NCBI GenBank assembly: GCA_035486535.1
Contig: DATHMY010000119.1
Span: 1 to 47,105, forward strand
Length of the DNA stretch: 47,105 nucleotides
Direction of reading: 5' to 3'
DNA from: Candidatus Acidiferrum sp.
GTDB taxonomy: Bacteria; Vulcanimicrobiota; Vulcanimicrobiia; Vulcanimicrobiales; Vulcanimicrobiaceae
Shown in pieces: positions 7,874 through 15,740 of this stretch. The notes beneath the pieces are model-generated. The model searched no databases and had not been told where the DNA came from. It was given only the letters and a program-made list of their open reading frames with translations. The position numbers were made by a program, and so were the translations under genes. How positions within the stretch are numbered: position 1 is the first letter of the stretch; every line of letters starts with the position of its first letter.

Positions 7874-9544
7874 ATGCATCCTTTGCTCCTCACCGCGCTC
7901 TTGAGCGTGGTCACCGCTCCGCACGCCATGGTCGTCACCGAGCAGCGCCTCGCCTCGCAGGCCGGCCTCGATGTCCTCAAGGCGGGCGGCAACGCGGTCG
8001 ACGCCGCGGTCGCGGTCGGCTATGCGCTAGCGGTCGTCGATCCATGTTGCGGAAACATCGGCGGCGGCGGATTCATGCTCATTCGCATGCACGATGGGCG
8101 CCAGCGCTTCATCGACTTTCGTGAGAAGGCGCCGCTGCGTGCGACGCGCGACATGTACCTCGATGCAAACGGCAACGTCGTCCCGAGTCGTTCGCGCAAA
8201 GGGTGGCTTGCGATCGGCGTGCCAGGCACGGTTATGGGCTTCGACCGCGCGCTGACCGAATTCGGTACAATGCAGCGTCCGCAAGTAATGGCGGCGGCCA
8301 TTGCACTCGCGCGCGACGGCTTCGTTTTTGGCGCGGGTGATCTGATTCCGTTTGCCGGAGCGCCGGCGCAAGGCTACACCGGCGCCTCAACGTTTGCCCA
8401 GCCGAACGTGCGCGCGATCTGGATGCCGAAGGGCGAGATGCCGCGCGCCGGCGAGCGCATCGTGCAGGCGAATTTAGCCAATACCCTGCAAGAGATCTCC
8501 GACGGCGGCACCGCAGCATTTTACAAAGGCGCGATCGCGCGCGCGGTCGTCGACGCGAGCAACGCGAACGGCGGCATTCTCTCGATGCAAGATTTCGCTG
8601 CCTATACGGTCGGCGAGTCGGCGCCGCTATCGTGCGAATATCACGGCCTGAGCGTCATTTCGGCACCGCCGCCAAGTTCGGGCGGGGTAACGCTATGCGA
8701 GATTCTCAACATTATTTCGCCGTATCCCCTTGCAGACTGGGGTTGGCACAGCCCGCGGGAAGCGCACTACGTTCTCGAAGCCGAACGGCGCGCGTACGCC
8801 GATCGTAACGAATATCTCGGCGACCCGGCCTTCGTCAACAATCCGATTGCACAACTTCTCAATCCGGCGTACGCCGCACAACTGCGAGCGCAGATCGATC
8901 CGCAGCGCGCGACGCCGTCGTCGCAGGTCAAGCCCGGCTTGCACATCGACGTGCACGAAAACGCCCAAACAACCCACTACTCGATTGTGGACAGCGCGGG
9001 GAACGCGGTGGCCGTCACCTACACGATCAACGACTGGTTCGGATCAAGCGTCATCGCGGGAAACACTGGGTTCTTCCTCAACGACGAAATGGACGATTTC
9101 ACTTCGAAGCCCGGGGTGGCCAACGGATTCGGTCTGGTACAAGGCGCGATGAACGACATTCAGCCCGGAAAGCGCCCGCTCTCGTCGATGGCGCCGACAA
9201 TGGTACTGCGCAACGGCAAGCTCGCAATGGTGACGGGTAGTCCCGGTGGTTCGCGCATTATCACGATCGCGCTGGAAACGATCCTGAACGCGTTCGACTT
9301 CGGCATGGACGCGCAAGCGGCGGTCGATGCGCCGCGTATTCACATGCAGTGGCTTCCCGACGAGGTCGACTACGAACCGAATGCCTTGACCGATACCACC
9401 TTGGCTGCGCTGCGCGGCGACGGCTACAGTTTCCGCGGCGTGTCGTTTTGGGGATCGGCGCAAACGATCATTGTGCTGCCGGACGGCAGCTTGCAAGGCG
9501 GTAGCGATCGCCGGCGTCCGGCCGGCGCCGCGCTTGGCTACTAG
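7874..9544 (+). CDS. ggt: gamma-glutamyltranspeptidase
   Basis: 556 aa. Short signal peptide, the autoprocessing/catalytic Thr context ENAQTTHYSIVDSAGNAVAVTYTIN, and the GGSRII motif. Confidence 0.95.
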   Translation: MHPLLLTALLSVVTAPHAMVVTEQRLASQAGLDVLKAGGNAVDAAVAVGYALAVVDPCCGNIGGGGFMLIRMHDGRQRFIDFREKAPLRATRDMYLDANGNVVPSRSRKGWLAIGVPGTVMGFDRALTEFGTMQRPQVMAAAIALARDGFVFGAGDLIPFAGAPAQGYTGASTFAQPNVRAIWMPKGEMPRAGERIVQANLANTLQEISDGGTAAFYKGAIARAVVDASNANGGILSMQDFAAYTVGESAPLSCEYHGLSVISAPPPSSGGVTLCEILNIISPYPLADWGWHSPREAHYVLEAERRAYADRNEYLGDPAFVNNPIAQLLNPAYAAQLRAQIDPQRATPSSQVKPGLHIDVHENAQTTHYSIVDSAGNAVAVTYTINDWFGSSVIAGNTGFFLNDEMDDFTSKPGVANGFGLVQGAMNDIQPGKRPLSSMAPTMVLRNGKLAMVTGSPGGSRIITIALETILNAFDFGMDAQAAVDAPRIHMQWLPDEVDYEPNALTDTTLAALRGDGYSFRGVSFWGSAQTIIVLPDGSLQGGSDRRRPAGAALGY

Positions 9545-9653
9545 GCCGTTTGGCAGGGGTTCGGTAAAGAGTTCGTAAAGTCGCCGCCAGAGGGTCCGGC
9601 GTGTGCGGGATCGGCGTGACCCTGCCGCTTGCTTGTGGCGAAAGGGAGTGCTC

Positions 9654-11243
9654 GTGGCGATTGCGCCAGAGCGTGGATCGGTTCCGACCATCGTGGTCGC
9701 GACCGATCGGACTTTGCGCGTGACCACCGCATTTGGTCCGCGCGCTATGGATCTGAACGCGCGGCCGCCCAGTGGCGAGCTGCTGCGTGCCCTACGGAGC
9801 GCGTTGCGCGGACGGCACCGCGCCATCAAGACCGAACTTGGCGGCATCGTCTTCGACGGCCACGTCTTTCCGTTGACGGTTAAGGACGGCGAGATCGCGG
9901 GCGCGGTTGCCGTCGGCATCGACGCGAGCGAAGCGCAGAACGCGGTGCTGTTTCTTTCCACGCACGACTCGCTGACCGGGCTGCTCAATCGACACCAGCT
10001 GCTTGAAGTGCTCGATCACTACGCGCGCGCCGGCGGCGCGAGCGGTGCGCTGGTATTGTTCGATATCGATCGTTTCGCGCAGATCAATGAAATTGCCGGG
10101 CATCTCGCCGGCGACCAGCTGTTGTGCGCGATCGCCGATCGTATGCATTTTCTCGAAATTGACGGGCACTACGTGGCACGTTTGGGCTCGGATGAATTTG
10201 CATGCCTGCTGGTCGAGCCGCCGCGCGGTGGCGCGATTGTGGAACGGCGTATCGAACAACTGCGCGACGCGCTCGACGCGCCATTTGCCGTTGGTCACGC
10301 GGAATTCGTTTTGCGCGCCACGATGGGCGTCGCGCGTTTTCCGCAAGACGGCGCGGGTGAGCTGCTGCTGCAAAATGCGGCGATGGCGCTGCACGCTGCC
10401 AAAGGCGCAGCCCGCGGCGGCCTAGTGCGCTACAGTCCTGCGCTCGAACAAAAGGTGAGCGTGCGCAGCCGGCTGGTGCGCGATCTGCCGGCGGCGATCG
10501 ATCGCTGCGAGTTCGCAATGTACTATCAGCCGCTCATCGACGCGTCGAGCAACTTGGTGACGGCGGCCGAGGCCCTCATACGCTGGCAGCACCCTGAGCT
10601 CGGTCTCCTAACGCCCGACGCCTTCCTGACCATCGCCGAGGAGTCGGACGCGGTGGTCGAGATCGGGCGCTGGGCGATCGATCGGGCCTGCCGGGACGCC
10701 ATGCTGATCCGCGACTCGCTGGGGCGAGACGTCCGGCTCAACGTCAATGTCTCGCCGCGTCACGTACAGTCCGAGCGGCTTGTCGGCCACGTCTCGACGG
10801 CCCTCCGTGATTCCGGATGGCACCCTGGGGCGCTCCAGCTCGAAGTTACCGAGCAGCTGCTTATCGAAGATATCCCCAGCGCCGTGGCCACGCTCGAACG
10901 GCTGCGCGATCACGGCGTGTCGATCGCCATCGACGACTTTGGGACAGGGTACAATACGCTGTCCTATTTGAAATCGTATCCGGTTAGTTGCATCAAGATC
11001 GATCGCGCGTTCGTAAAGGATGCCGAAAATGACCAATACAGTCGAGCAATTTGCCGATCCGTGGCCGCGCTCGGGGACTCGCTGCAAATGAACGTGATCG
11101 GTGAAGGCGTCGAGACGCTGGGTCAGGCGGAGTTTTTGCGTGCAATCGGTTGTCGCGAGCTGCAAGGGTATCATTTCGGTCAACCGGTAAGCGCATGGGA
11201 CTTTATGACCACCTATGGCAAGGAGGGCATTTGGGTAACGTAG
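9654..11243 (+). CDS. sensor(PAS-like)-GGDEF(GSDEF variant)-EAL protein, probable c-di-GMP phosphodiesterase
   Basis: The EAL domain has all motifs I checked (EALIRW, NVS, EVTE, DDFGTGY, KIDR, EGVE, QGY). The GGDEF site reads RLGSDEF. The ORF track starts at GTG 9603; I prefer GTG 9654, which has SD AAGGGAG 5 nt upstream. Confidence 0.88.
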   Translation: MAIAPERGSVPTIVVATDRTLRVTTAFGPRAMDLNARPPSGELLRALRSALRGRHRAIKTELGGIVFDGHVFPLTVKDGEIAGAVAVGIDASEAQNAVLFLSTHDSLTGLLNRHQLLEVLDHYARAGGASGALVLFDIDRFAQINEIAGHLAGDQLLCAIADRMHFLEIDGHYVARLGSDEFACLLVEPPRGGAIVERRIEQLRDALDAPFAVGHAEFVLRATMGVARFPQDGAGELLLQNAAMALHAAKGAARGGLVRYSPALEQKVSVRSRLVRDLPAAIDRCEFAMYYQPLIDASSNLVTAAEALIRWQHPELGLLTPDAFLTIAEESDAVVEIGRWAIDRACRDAMLIRDSLGRDVRLNVNVSPRHVQSERLVGHVSTALRDSGWHPGALQLEVTEQLLIEDIPSAVATLERLRDHGVSIAIDDFGTGYNTLSYLKSYPVSCIKIDRAFVKDAENDQYSRAICRSVAALGDSLQMNVIGEGVETLGQAEFLRAIGCRELQGYHFGQPVSAWDFMTTYGKEGIWVT

Positions 11244-11250
11244 CGGCTAC

Positions 11251-13023
11251 ATGAAGATGGCTACGGGGGGCCAGAGGGGCGAAGGGTCAGGTTTGGACGA
11301 CATCTTTGGAGCAGCCTCAAAGAAAGGCGCACGCCCAGTCGAGCGCCTCGTTCTGCTGCGCTCCTTTCTCAAGCGTCTCGATACCGAGCTGCCCCAAGTA
11401 ATCGTCGAAGCGCTCGAGGAAGTCGGCCGAATTACCGGCGCCGACGTCGCGGCGATCTACGAAGTCAAGATCGACGTTTTGCGCTGCGCCTTTTCCACCG
11501 ATCCATCGTTGCTCGAAGCGCGCATTCCGCTCGGCGACGAGCACGAAGTGCACGAACACGGAACGTCCTTGCTGCGGGATGCCGCCGGCGTCGCCGACGC
11601 GCTCTGTGCCATGCTCTACGCGGGCGAGCGTGAGTGGGTGTTGCTGCTAGGGGAACGCAACAGTCGCATCAATCGCGCGGCATTCGAGAGCGATGTCGAA
11701 ACCATTCTGGACGTTTTCTCGCAATTGATACGTCAGCTCGTGCACGGCGTCGAAGCCCGCTCGCTGACCGATCACGTGACCGGACTTCCCGACCGTTGGG
11801 CGACGATGAATCGTCTGACCGAAACCGTCTCGGCAGCCAAGCGCAATAATACGCACGCGGCGTTGCTTTTCATCGATCTCAACGGATTCAAGGGCGTCAA
11901 CGACTCGTTTGGCCATGCACACGGCGATATGGTGCTCAAGACGATTGCGGCGACGCTGCGCGAAGCGTTGCGCGCGAACGAATTCGTCGGTCGCATCGGC
12001 GGGGACGAGTTCGCGGTGATTCTGCCGGTGGTTCGCAGCGCCGAGGAGGCAACGTCGGCGGCACGACGACTGGCCGATGCGGTGCGCGTACTCGAGATCG
12101 TGCACGGCGGCGGATCGGTCTCGCTCAGCGTCGGTGTGGCCTTCTTTCCCGAACACGCCAACGACGTCGAAGAATGGCTGCATCACGCCGACCTCGCGAT
12201 GTATCAAGCCAAGCGCCAGCGTGAATCGCACTGCGTCTTCAATCCGGGCGAATCACAAGCAGATTGGGCGCCGCTTGCGATCGAAGTCGAGGAAGCGTAC
12301 GCGCGCGAATTTCTGCTGTGTTTCCAACCGATCTTCGAGGTGGAATCGGGTATGGTGGTTGCGGCCGAGGCGCTGTTGCGCTCGCTGCACCCACAGGACG
12401 GCGTGCAGTCGGCATTCATCACGATGGAAGCCGCCCGCGCGCGGCGGTCGATCGATCATCTCGATGCGTGGGTGACGCGGCGAGCGCTTGCATTCGCCAA
12501 CGAATGGCGCGCGCAAGGCGTACAACGCATTCACGTCAACATCGGGCAAGCCAGCGACGAGATTCTTGGCAACGTCCTGCGCGCTGTCGACAGCACGGGC
12601 TGCGATACCTCGATGCTGGCGCTCGAACTGGAATGGTCGCGCTTTAAAGAAGATCTCGATGCGTATAACAGCTTGTCAGAGGCAGCCGAACGCTGCGGCC
12701 TGTACGTCGGTTTGGATGGCTTTGGCGAAACCGAGTTGGATCTGCCGCTGCTCGAGTCGCTTGCCGTGCGTTTCGTCAAGCCGTCGCGCTCGCTGCTTCC
12801 CTCGGGTGGTGCTCGCGGCAAGAGCATGGAAGCCATTGTCGCGCTTGCGCGCGTGTTCGGCTGGGATGTCGTCGCGACACGTGTGGCGACCGCAGATGAC
12901 CGCGCAGCAATCCGCACGGCCGGTGTAAAATACATGCAGGGGTTTGCCGTCGCCCAGCCGATGACGGCCATCGACTTCAACCAATGGATCGAAACCAGCC
13001 CGCGCATCGCTCTATCCGTTTAA
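11251..13023 (+). CDS. GAF-like-GGDEF-(degenerate EAL) protein, probable diguanylate cyclase
   Basis: 590 aa. Canonical RIGGDEF with upstream DLNGFKGVNDSFGHAHGD. The EAL motif is present (EALLRS), but DDFGTG is replaced by LDGFGET, KIDR by KPSR, and EGVE by ATRVAT. Confidence 0.88.
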   Translation: MKMATGGQRGEGSGLDDIFGAASKKGARPVERLVLLRSFLKRLDTELPQVIVEALEEVGRITGADVAAIYEVKIDVLRCAFSTDPSLLEARIPLGDEHEVHEHGTSLLRDAAGVADALCAMLYAGEREWVLLLGERNSRINRAAFESDVETILDVFSQLIRQLVHGVEARSLTDHVTGLPDRWATMNRLTETVSAAKRNNTHAALLFIDLNGFKGVNDSFGHAHGDMVLKTIAATLREALRANEFVGRIGGDEFAVILPVVRSAEEATSAARRLADAVRVLEIVHGGGSVSLSVGVAFFPEHANDVEEWLHHADLAMYQAKRQRESHCVFNPGESQADWAPLAIEVEEAYAREFLLCFQPIFEVESGMVVAAEALLRSLHPQDGVQSAFITMEAARARRSIDHLDAWVTRRALAFANEWRAQGVQRIHVNIGQASDEILGNVLRAVDSTGCDTSMLALELEWSRFKEDLDAYNSLSEAAERCGLYVGLDGFGETELDLPLLESLAVRFVKPSRSLLPSGGARGKSMEAIVALARVFGWDVVATRVATADDRAAIRTAGVKYMQGFAVAQPMTAIDFNQWIETSPRIALSV

Positions 13024-13394
13024 TCGCTGTCTGCACGCTCGCCGCGCGGACCGACGGCGCATGCCGTTGGTGCGCCGATCCATTGCCCGTGCGGCGAAGA
13101 ACCTGGTGCAGCGATCGTTGCGCCGAAAAATTCTGGGCCAATCACTGGTGGACGCTTGCGCGGCGAGCGGCAAAGCGACGCGATCGCTACCGCTGCAAGC
13201 GCTGCGGCCACAAGCCGCCGTCGCGCTCCCACCCGAAGTACAAGCGCTTACGCAAGACCGATCGGCTCGAAGTCAATCACATCCAGCAAGCACGCGGTGC
13301 GCACCGCGAGCTGAGCTGCCTGCACCATCTCGACAACTTGGAGACGCTGTGCTTGAATTGCCATCGCGAGGAGACCGCGGCACAGCGTGCCTAG
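12984..13394 (+). CDS. HNH endonuclease with N-terminal Cys4 zinc ribbon
   Basis: CRWC...CSDRC, then YRCKRCGH...LEVNHIQQ...HHLDNLETLCLNCH (an HNH/His-Me finger). I found no other ATG/GTG/TTG in frame between the ATG at 12984 and the zinc-ribbon motif, and it overlaps the preceding gene by 40 nt. The start is uncertain. Confidence 0.78.
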   Translation: MDRNQPAHRSIRLIAVCTLAARTDGACRWCADPLPVRRRTWCSDRCAEKFWANHWWTLARRAAKRRDRYRCKRCGHKPPSRSHPKYKRLRKTDRLEVNHIQQARGAHRELSCLHHLDNLETLCLNCHREETAAQRA

Positions 13395-13402
13395 TGACGC
13401 CA

Positions 13403-13714
13403 TCACCGCGCGGATGGGTTGAGGAATTCGCTTTGCGCGTCAACTAGTCTCTCCCGGGCGCAGTGGTAGCGCGGGCCCAAGCGATTCGTGGATCGTAATT
13501 GCGCTTCGCAAGCCTCCTTGCTTGAAAACCCCTGCCTCGACAGGAGATACGACGTTGTTGCCCGGTTCCCAATGCCGAACTCTCGCATATACCACGCGTA
13601 CGACTGACGGAAAATGACGAAATAGTATACTGCCGACAGGGCGCCCGCGAGGGCGAGAATATATCCCGCGAAGGCCAATGTACGGTATCGCTGCATGACT
13701 GTTGCTCCACTCAT
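13403..13714 (-). CDS. small single-pass membrane protein, unknown function
   Basis: Internal ATG at 13714 (MSGATVMQRYRTLAFAGYILALAGALSAVYYFVIF...) is preceded by a strong SD, TAAGGAG. The longer 184-aa track ORF would overlap the divergent tkt gene. Confidence 0.55.
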   Translation of the reverse strand: MSGATVMQRYRTLAFAGYILALAGALSAVYYFVIFRQSYAWYMREFGIGNRATTSYLLSRQGFSSKEACEAQLRSTNRLGPRYHCARERLVDAQSEFLNPSAR

Positions 13715-13803
13715 AGGGCGCTCCTTATTTGCGGGTGGGAGGCTCCATCCGGCGTGCTTCGCCGCTAGATCGTCGACACCGCGAGGTTCGAGCCTGGGGG
13801 TGC

Positions 13804-13812
13804 TGGTATAAC
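13804..13812 (+). promoter_or_regulatory. extended -10 promoter element TGgTATAAC, 8 nt before the transketolase ATG (possible leaderless mRNA)
   Basis: The sequence TGGTATAAC is followed by GGGGCGAT and then ATG (13821). No SD at normal spacing. Confidence 0.3.
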
Positions 13813-13820
13813 GGGGCGAT

Positions 13821-14678
13821 ATGCAGACCCTGACTTCTGAGCGCCGCAAGGAGCTCGAACTGAAGGCCAACGACGTGCGCGAGGGCATCATCCGGTCGTT
13901 GCTGGCAGCGTGCTCCGGCCACTCGGCCGGCTCACTCGACATGGCCGACGTCTTCACGGCGCTCTACGGCTTCATCATGCGCCACGATCCGCAGAAGCCG
14001 GACTGGCCGCAGCGCGATCGCCTGCTACTTTCGTGCGGGCACATCGCACCGGTCCGCTATTCGGCGATGGCCAACTTCGGGTACTTTCCCGTCGACGAGC
14101 TGTTGACGTTGCGCGAATTCGGCTCGCGCCTGCAAGGGCACCCCGAGCGCGTGAAATTGCCGGGGCTGGAAACGACGTCTGGTCCGCTGGGTGAAGGCCT
14201 CGCGCAGGGCACGGGTATGGCGCTGGGCGCGAAGCTCGATAAGAAAGATTGGCGCGTCTACGTCGTCACCTCCGACGGCGAGCACCAATGCGGTCTGCAT
14301 TGGGAAGCAATGATGACCGCCGCCAAGTTCAAACTCGACAACCTCACCTGCATCGTCGATCGCAACGTCATTCAAATCGACGGCAGCACCGAAGACGTGA
14401 TGCCGCTCGAGCCGTTTGCCGACAAGTATCGAGCTTTCAACTGGGAAGTTTTCGAGTGCGACGGTAACAACATCGCCGACTTCATCGACGTGGCCGAGCG
14501 CGCGAAAGCCGTGCAAGGCAAGCCGCAGGTCATTATCGCCCACACCGTTCCCGGCAAGGGCGTGAGCTATATGGAAGGCGATTACACCTGGCACGGCAAG
14601 CCGCCCAACAAGGAACAAGCTGACGAAGCGCTGCGCGAGCTCGAAGCGACGCGGGAAAGGATTCTCGCCAATGCCTAG
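13821..14678 (+). CDS. transketolase, N-terminal (TPP-binding) subunit
   Basis: 285 aa. GHSAGSLDMADVFTALY, LSCGHIAP and GPLGEGLAQGTGMALG are typical of split transketolase subunit A. Confidence 0.93.
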   Translation: MQTLTSERRKELELKANDVREGIIRSLLAACSGHSAGSLDMADVFTALYGFIMRHDPQKPDWPQRDRLLLSCGHIAPVRYSAMANFGYFPVDELLTLREFGSRLQGHPERVKLPGLETTSGPLGEGLAQGTGMALGAKLDKKDWRVYVVTSDGEHQCGLHWEAMMTAAKFKLDNLTCIVDRNVIQIDGSTEDVMPLEPFADKYRAFNWEVFECDGNNIADFIDVAERAKAVQGKPQVIIAHTVPGKGVSYMEGDYTWHGKPPNKEQADEALRELEATRERILANA

Positions 14679-15687
14679 CACGGGAACGCTGGATCAAGCG
14701 GCGCGTTCGATGGCGCTGGTCGATTACCGTAACGCGGGCGAGTTGAAATCGCTGCCGACCCGCAACGGCTTCGGCGAAGGATTGATCGAGGCCGGCAACC
14801 GCAACAAGGACGTGCTCGCAATCTGTGCCGACCTTGCCGAATCGACGCGCATGGAAGGCTTCAAGAAAGCCCACCCGGCGCAGTATATCGAGATCGGCGT
14901 TGCCGAGCAGATGCTCGTTGCGATGGCCGGCGGTCTAGCTGCGGTCGGAAAAGTGCCGTGGATTGCCTCGTATGCGATGTTCAATCCTGGCCGCTCGTGG
15001 GAGCAAGTGCGCACGATCATGGCGCTCAACGAAACCAATGTCAAGATCGCGGGCGCGCATGCCGGCGTTTCGGTCGGACCCGACGGCGCAACGCACCAAG
15101 CGATCGAAGACATCGCGATCATGCGCGTGATTCCGCACATGACGGTGGTCGTGCCATGCGACTCGGTGCAGACGAAGCAGGCGACGTTAGCGCTTTCGGA
15201 ACGATTTGGTCCGGTCTACTTGCGCTTCGCGCGCGAGAAGTCGCCGATCGTTACCACCGAGGCGACGCCGTTTGAAGTTGGCAAGGCGCAGACGTTCCGC
15301 GAGGGCAAGGACGTCGCGATCGTTGCGTGCGGCATCCTCGTATATAACGCGCTGGCCGCCGCCGATGAACTTGCGCGCGAAGACGGCATCGATGCGCGCG
15401 TGGTCAACAACCACACGATAAAGCCGATGGATGAGGCGGCAATCGTTGAGGCGGCGCGTGCCTGCGGCGCGGTCGTGACCGTCGAAGAACACCAAGTCCA
15501 CGGCGGCATGGGCTCCGCGGTGGCCGAAACGCTGGCCGCCAAGGCGCCCGTCCCAATCGAGTTCATCGGCGTACACGATCGATTCGGACAGTCGGGCGAT
15601 CCCGCCGAGCTGATCGAGTACTACGGTATGGGGACGGCAGCGATCAAGGCGGCGGTGCGCCGCGCCTACGCCCGCAAACGGGAATAA
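14671..15687 (+). CDS. transketolase, C-terminal (pyrimidine-binding) subunit
   Basis: 338 aa. TRNGFGEGLIEAG, EIGVAEQMLVAMAGGLA and GPDGATHQAIEDIAIMR. It overlaps the N-terminal subunit gene by 8 nt. Confidence 0.93.
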   Translation: MPSTGTLDQAARSMALVDYRNAGELKSLPTRNGFGEGLIEAGNRNKDVLAICADLAESTRMEGFKKAHPAQYIEIGVAEQMLVAMAGGLAAVGKVPWIASYAMFNPGRSWEQVRTIMALNETNVKIAGAHAGVSVGPDGATHQAIEDIAIMRVIPHMTVVVPCDSVQTKQATLALSERFGPVYLRFAREKSPIVTTEATPFEVGKAQTFREGKDVAIVACGILVYNALAAADELAREDGIDARVVNNHTIKPMDEAAIVEAARACGAVVTVEEHQVHGGMGSAVAETLAAKAPVPIEFIGVHDRFGQSGDPAELIEYYGMGTAAIKAAVRRAYARKRE

Positions 15688-15740
15688 GCACTCGGACGTT
15701 TAGTTGCGGTTCGGCGGTGGGTAGACACCAACTCTAGGTC

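Noticed and set aside
9044-9988. 314-aa minus-strand ORF spanning the ggt/GGDEF junction; also 2110-2991 (293 aa, plus strand)
   Set aside because: These are antisense to well-supported genes (ggt and the GGDEF-EAL gene; the DUF1761 and lipoprotein genes) and have Arg-rich artefact composition.
12984-13394. HNH endonuclease as part of a restriction-modification or other defence system
   Set aside because: No methyltransferase, ATPase, helicase or other defence-type partner gene is adjacent. The neighbours are signalling and central-metabolism genes. It is kept only as a low-interest orphan observation.
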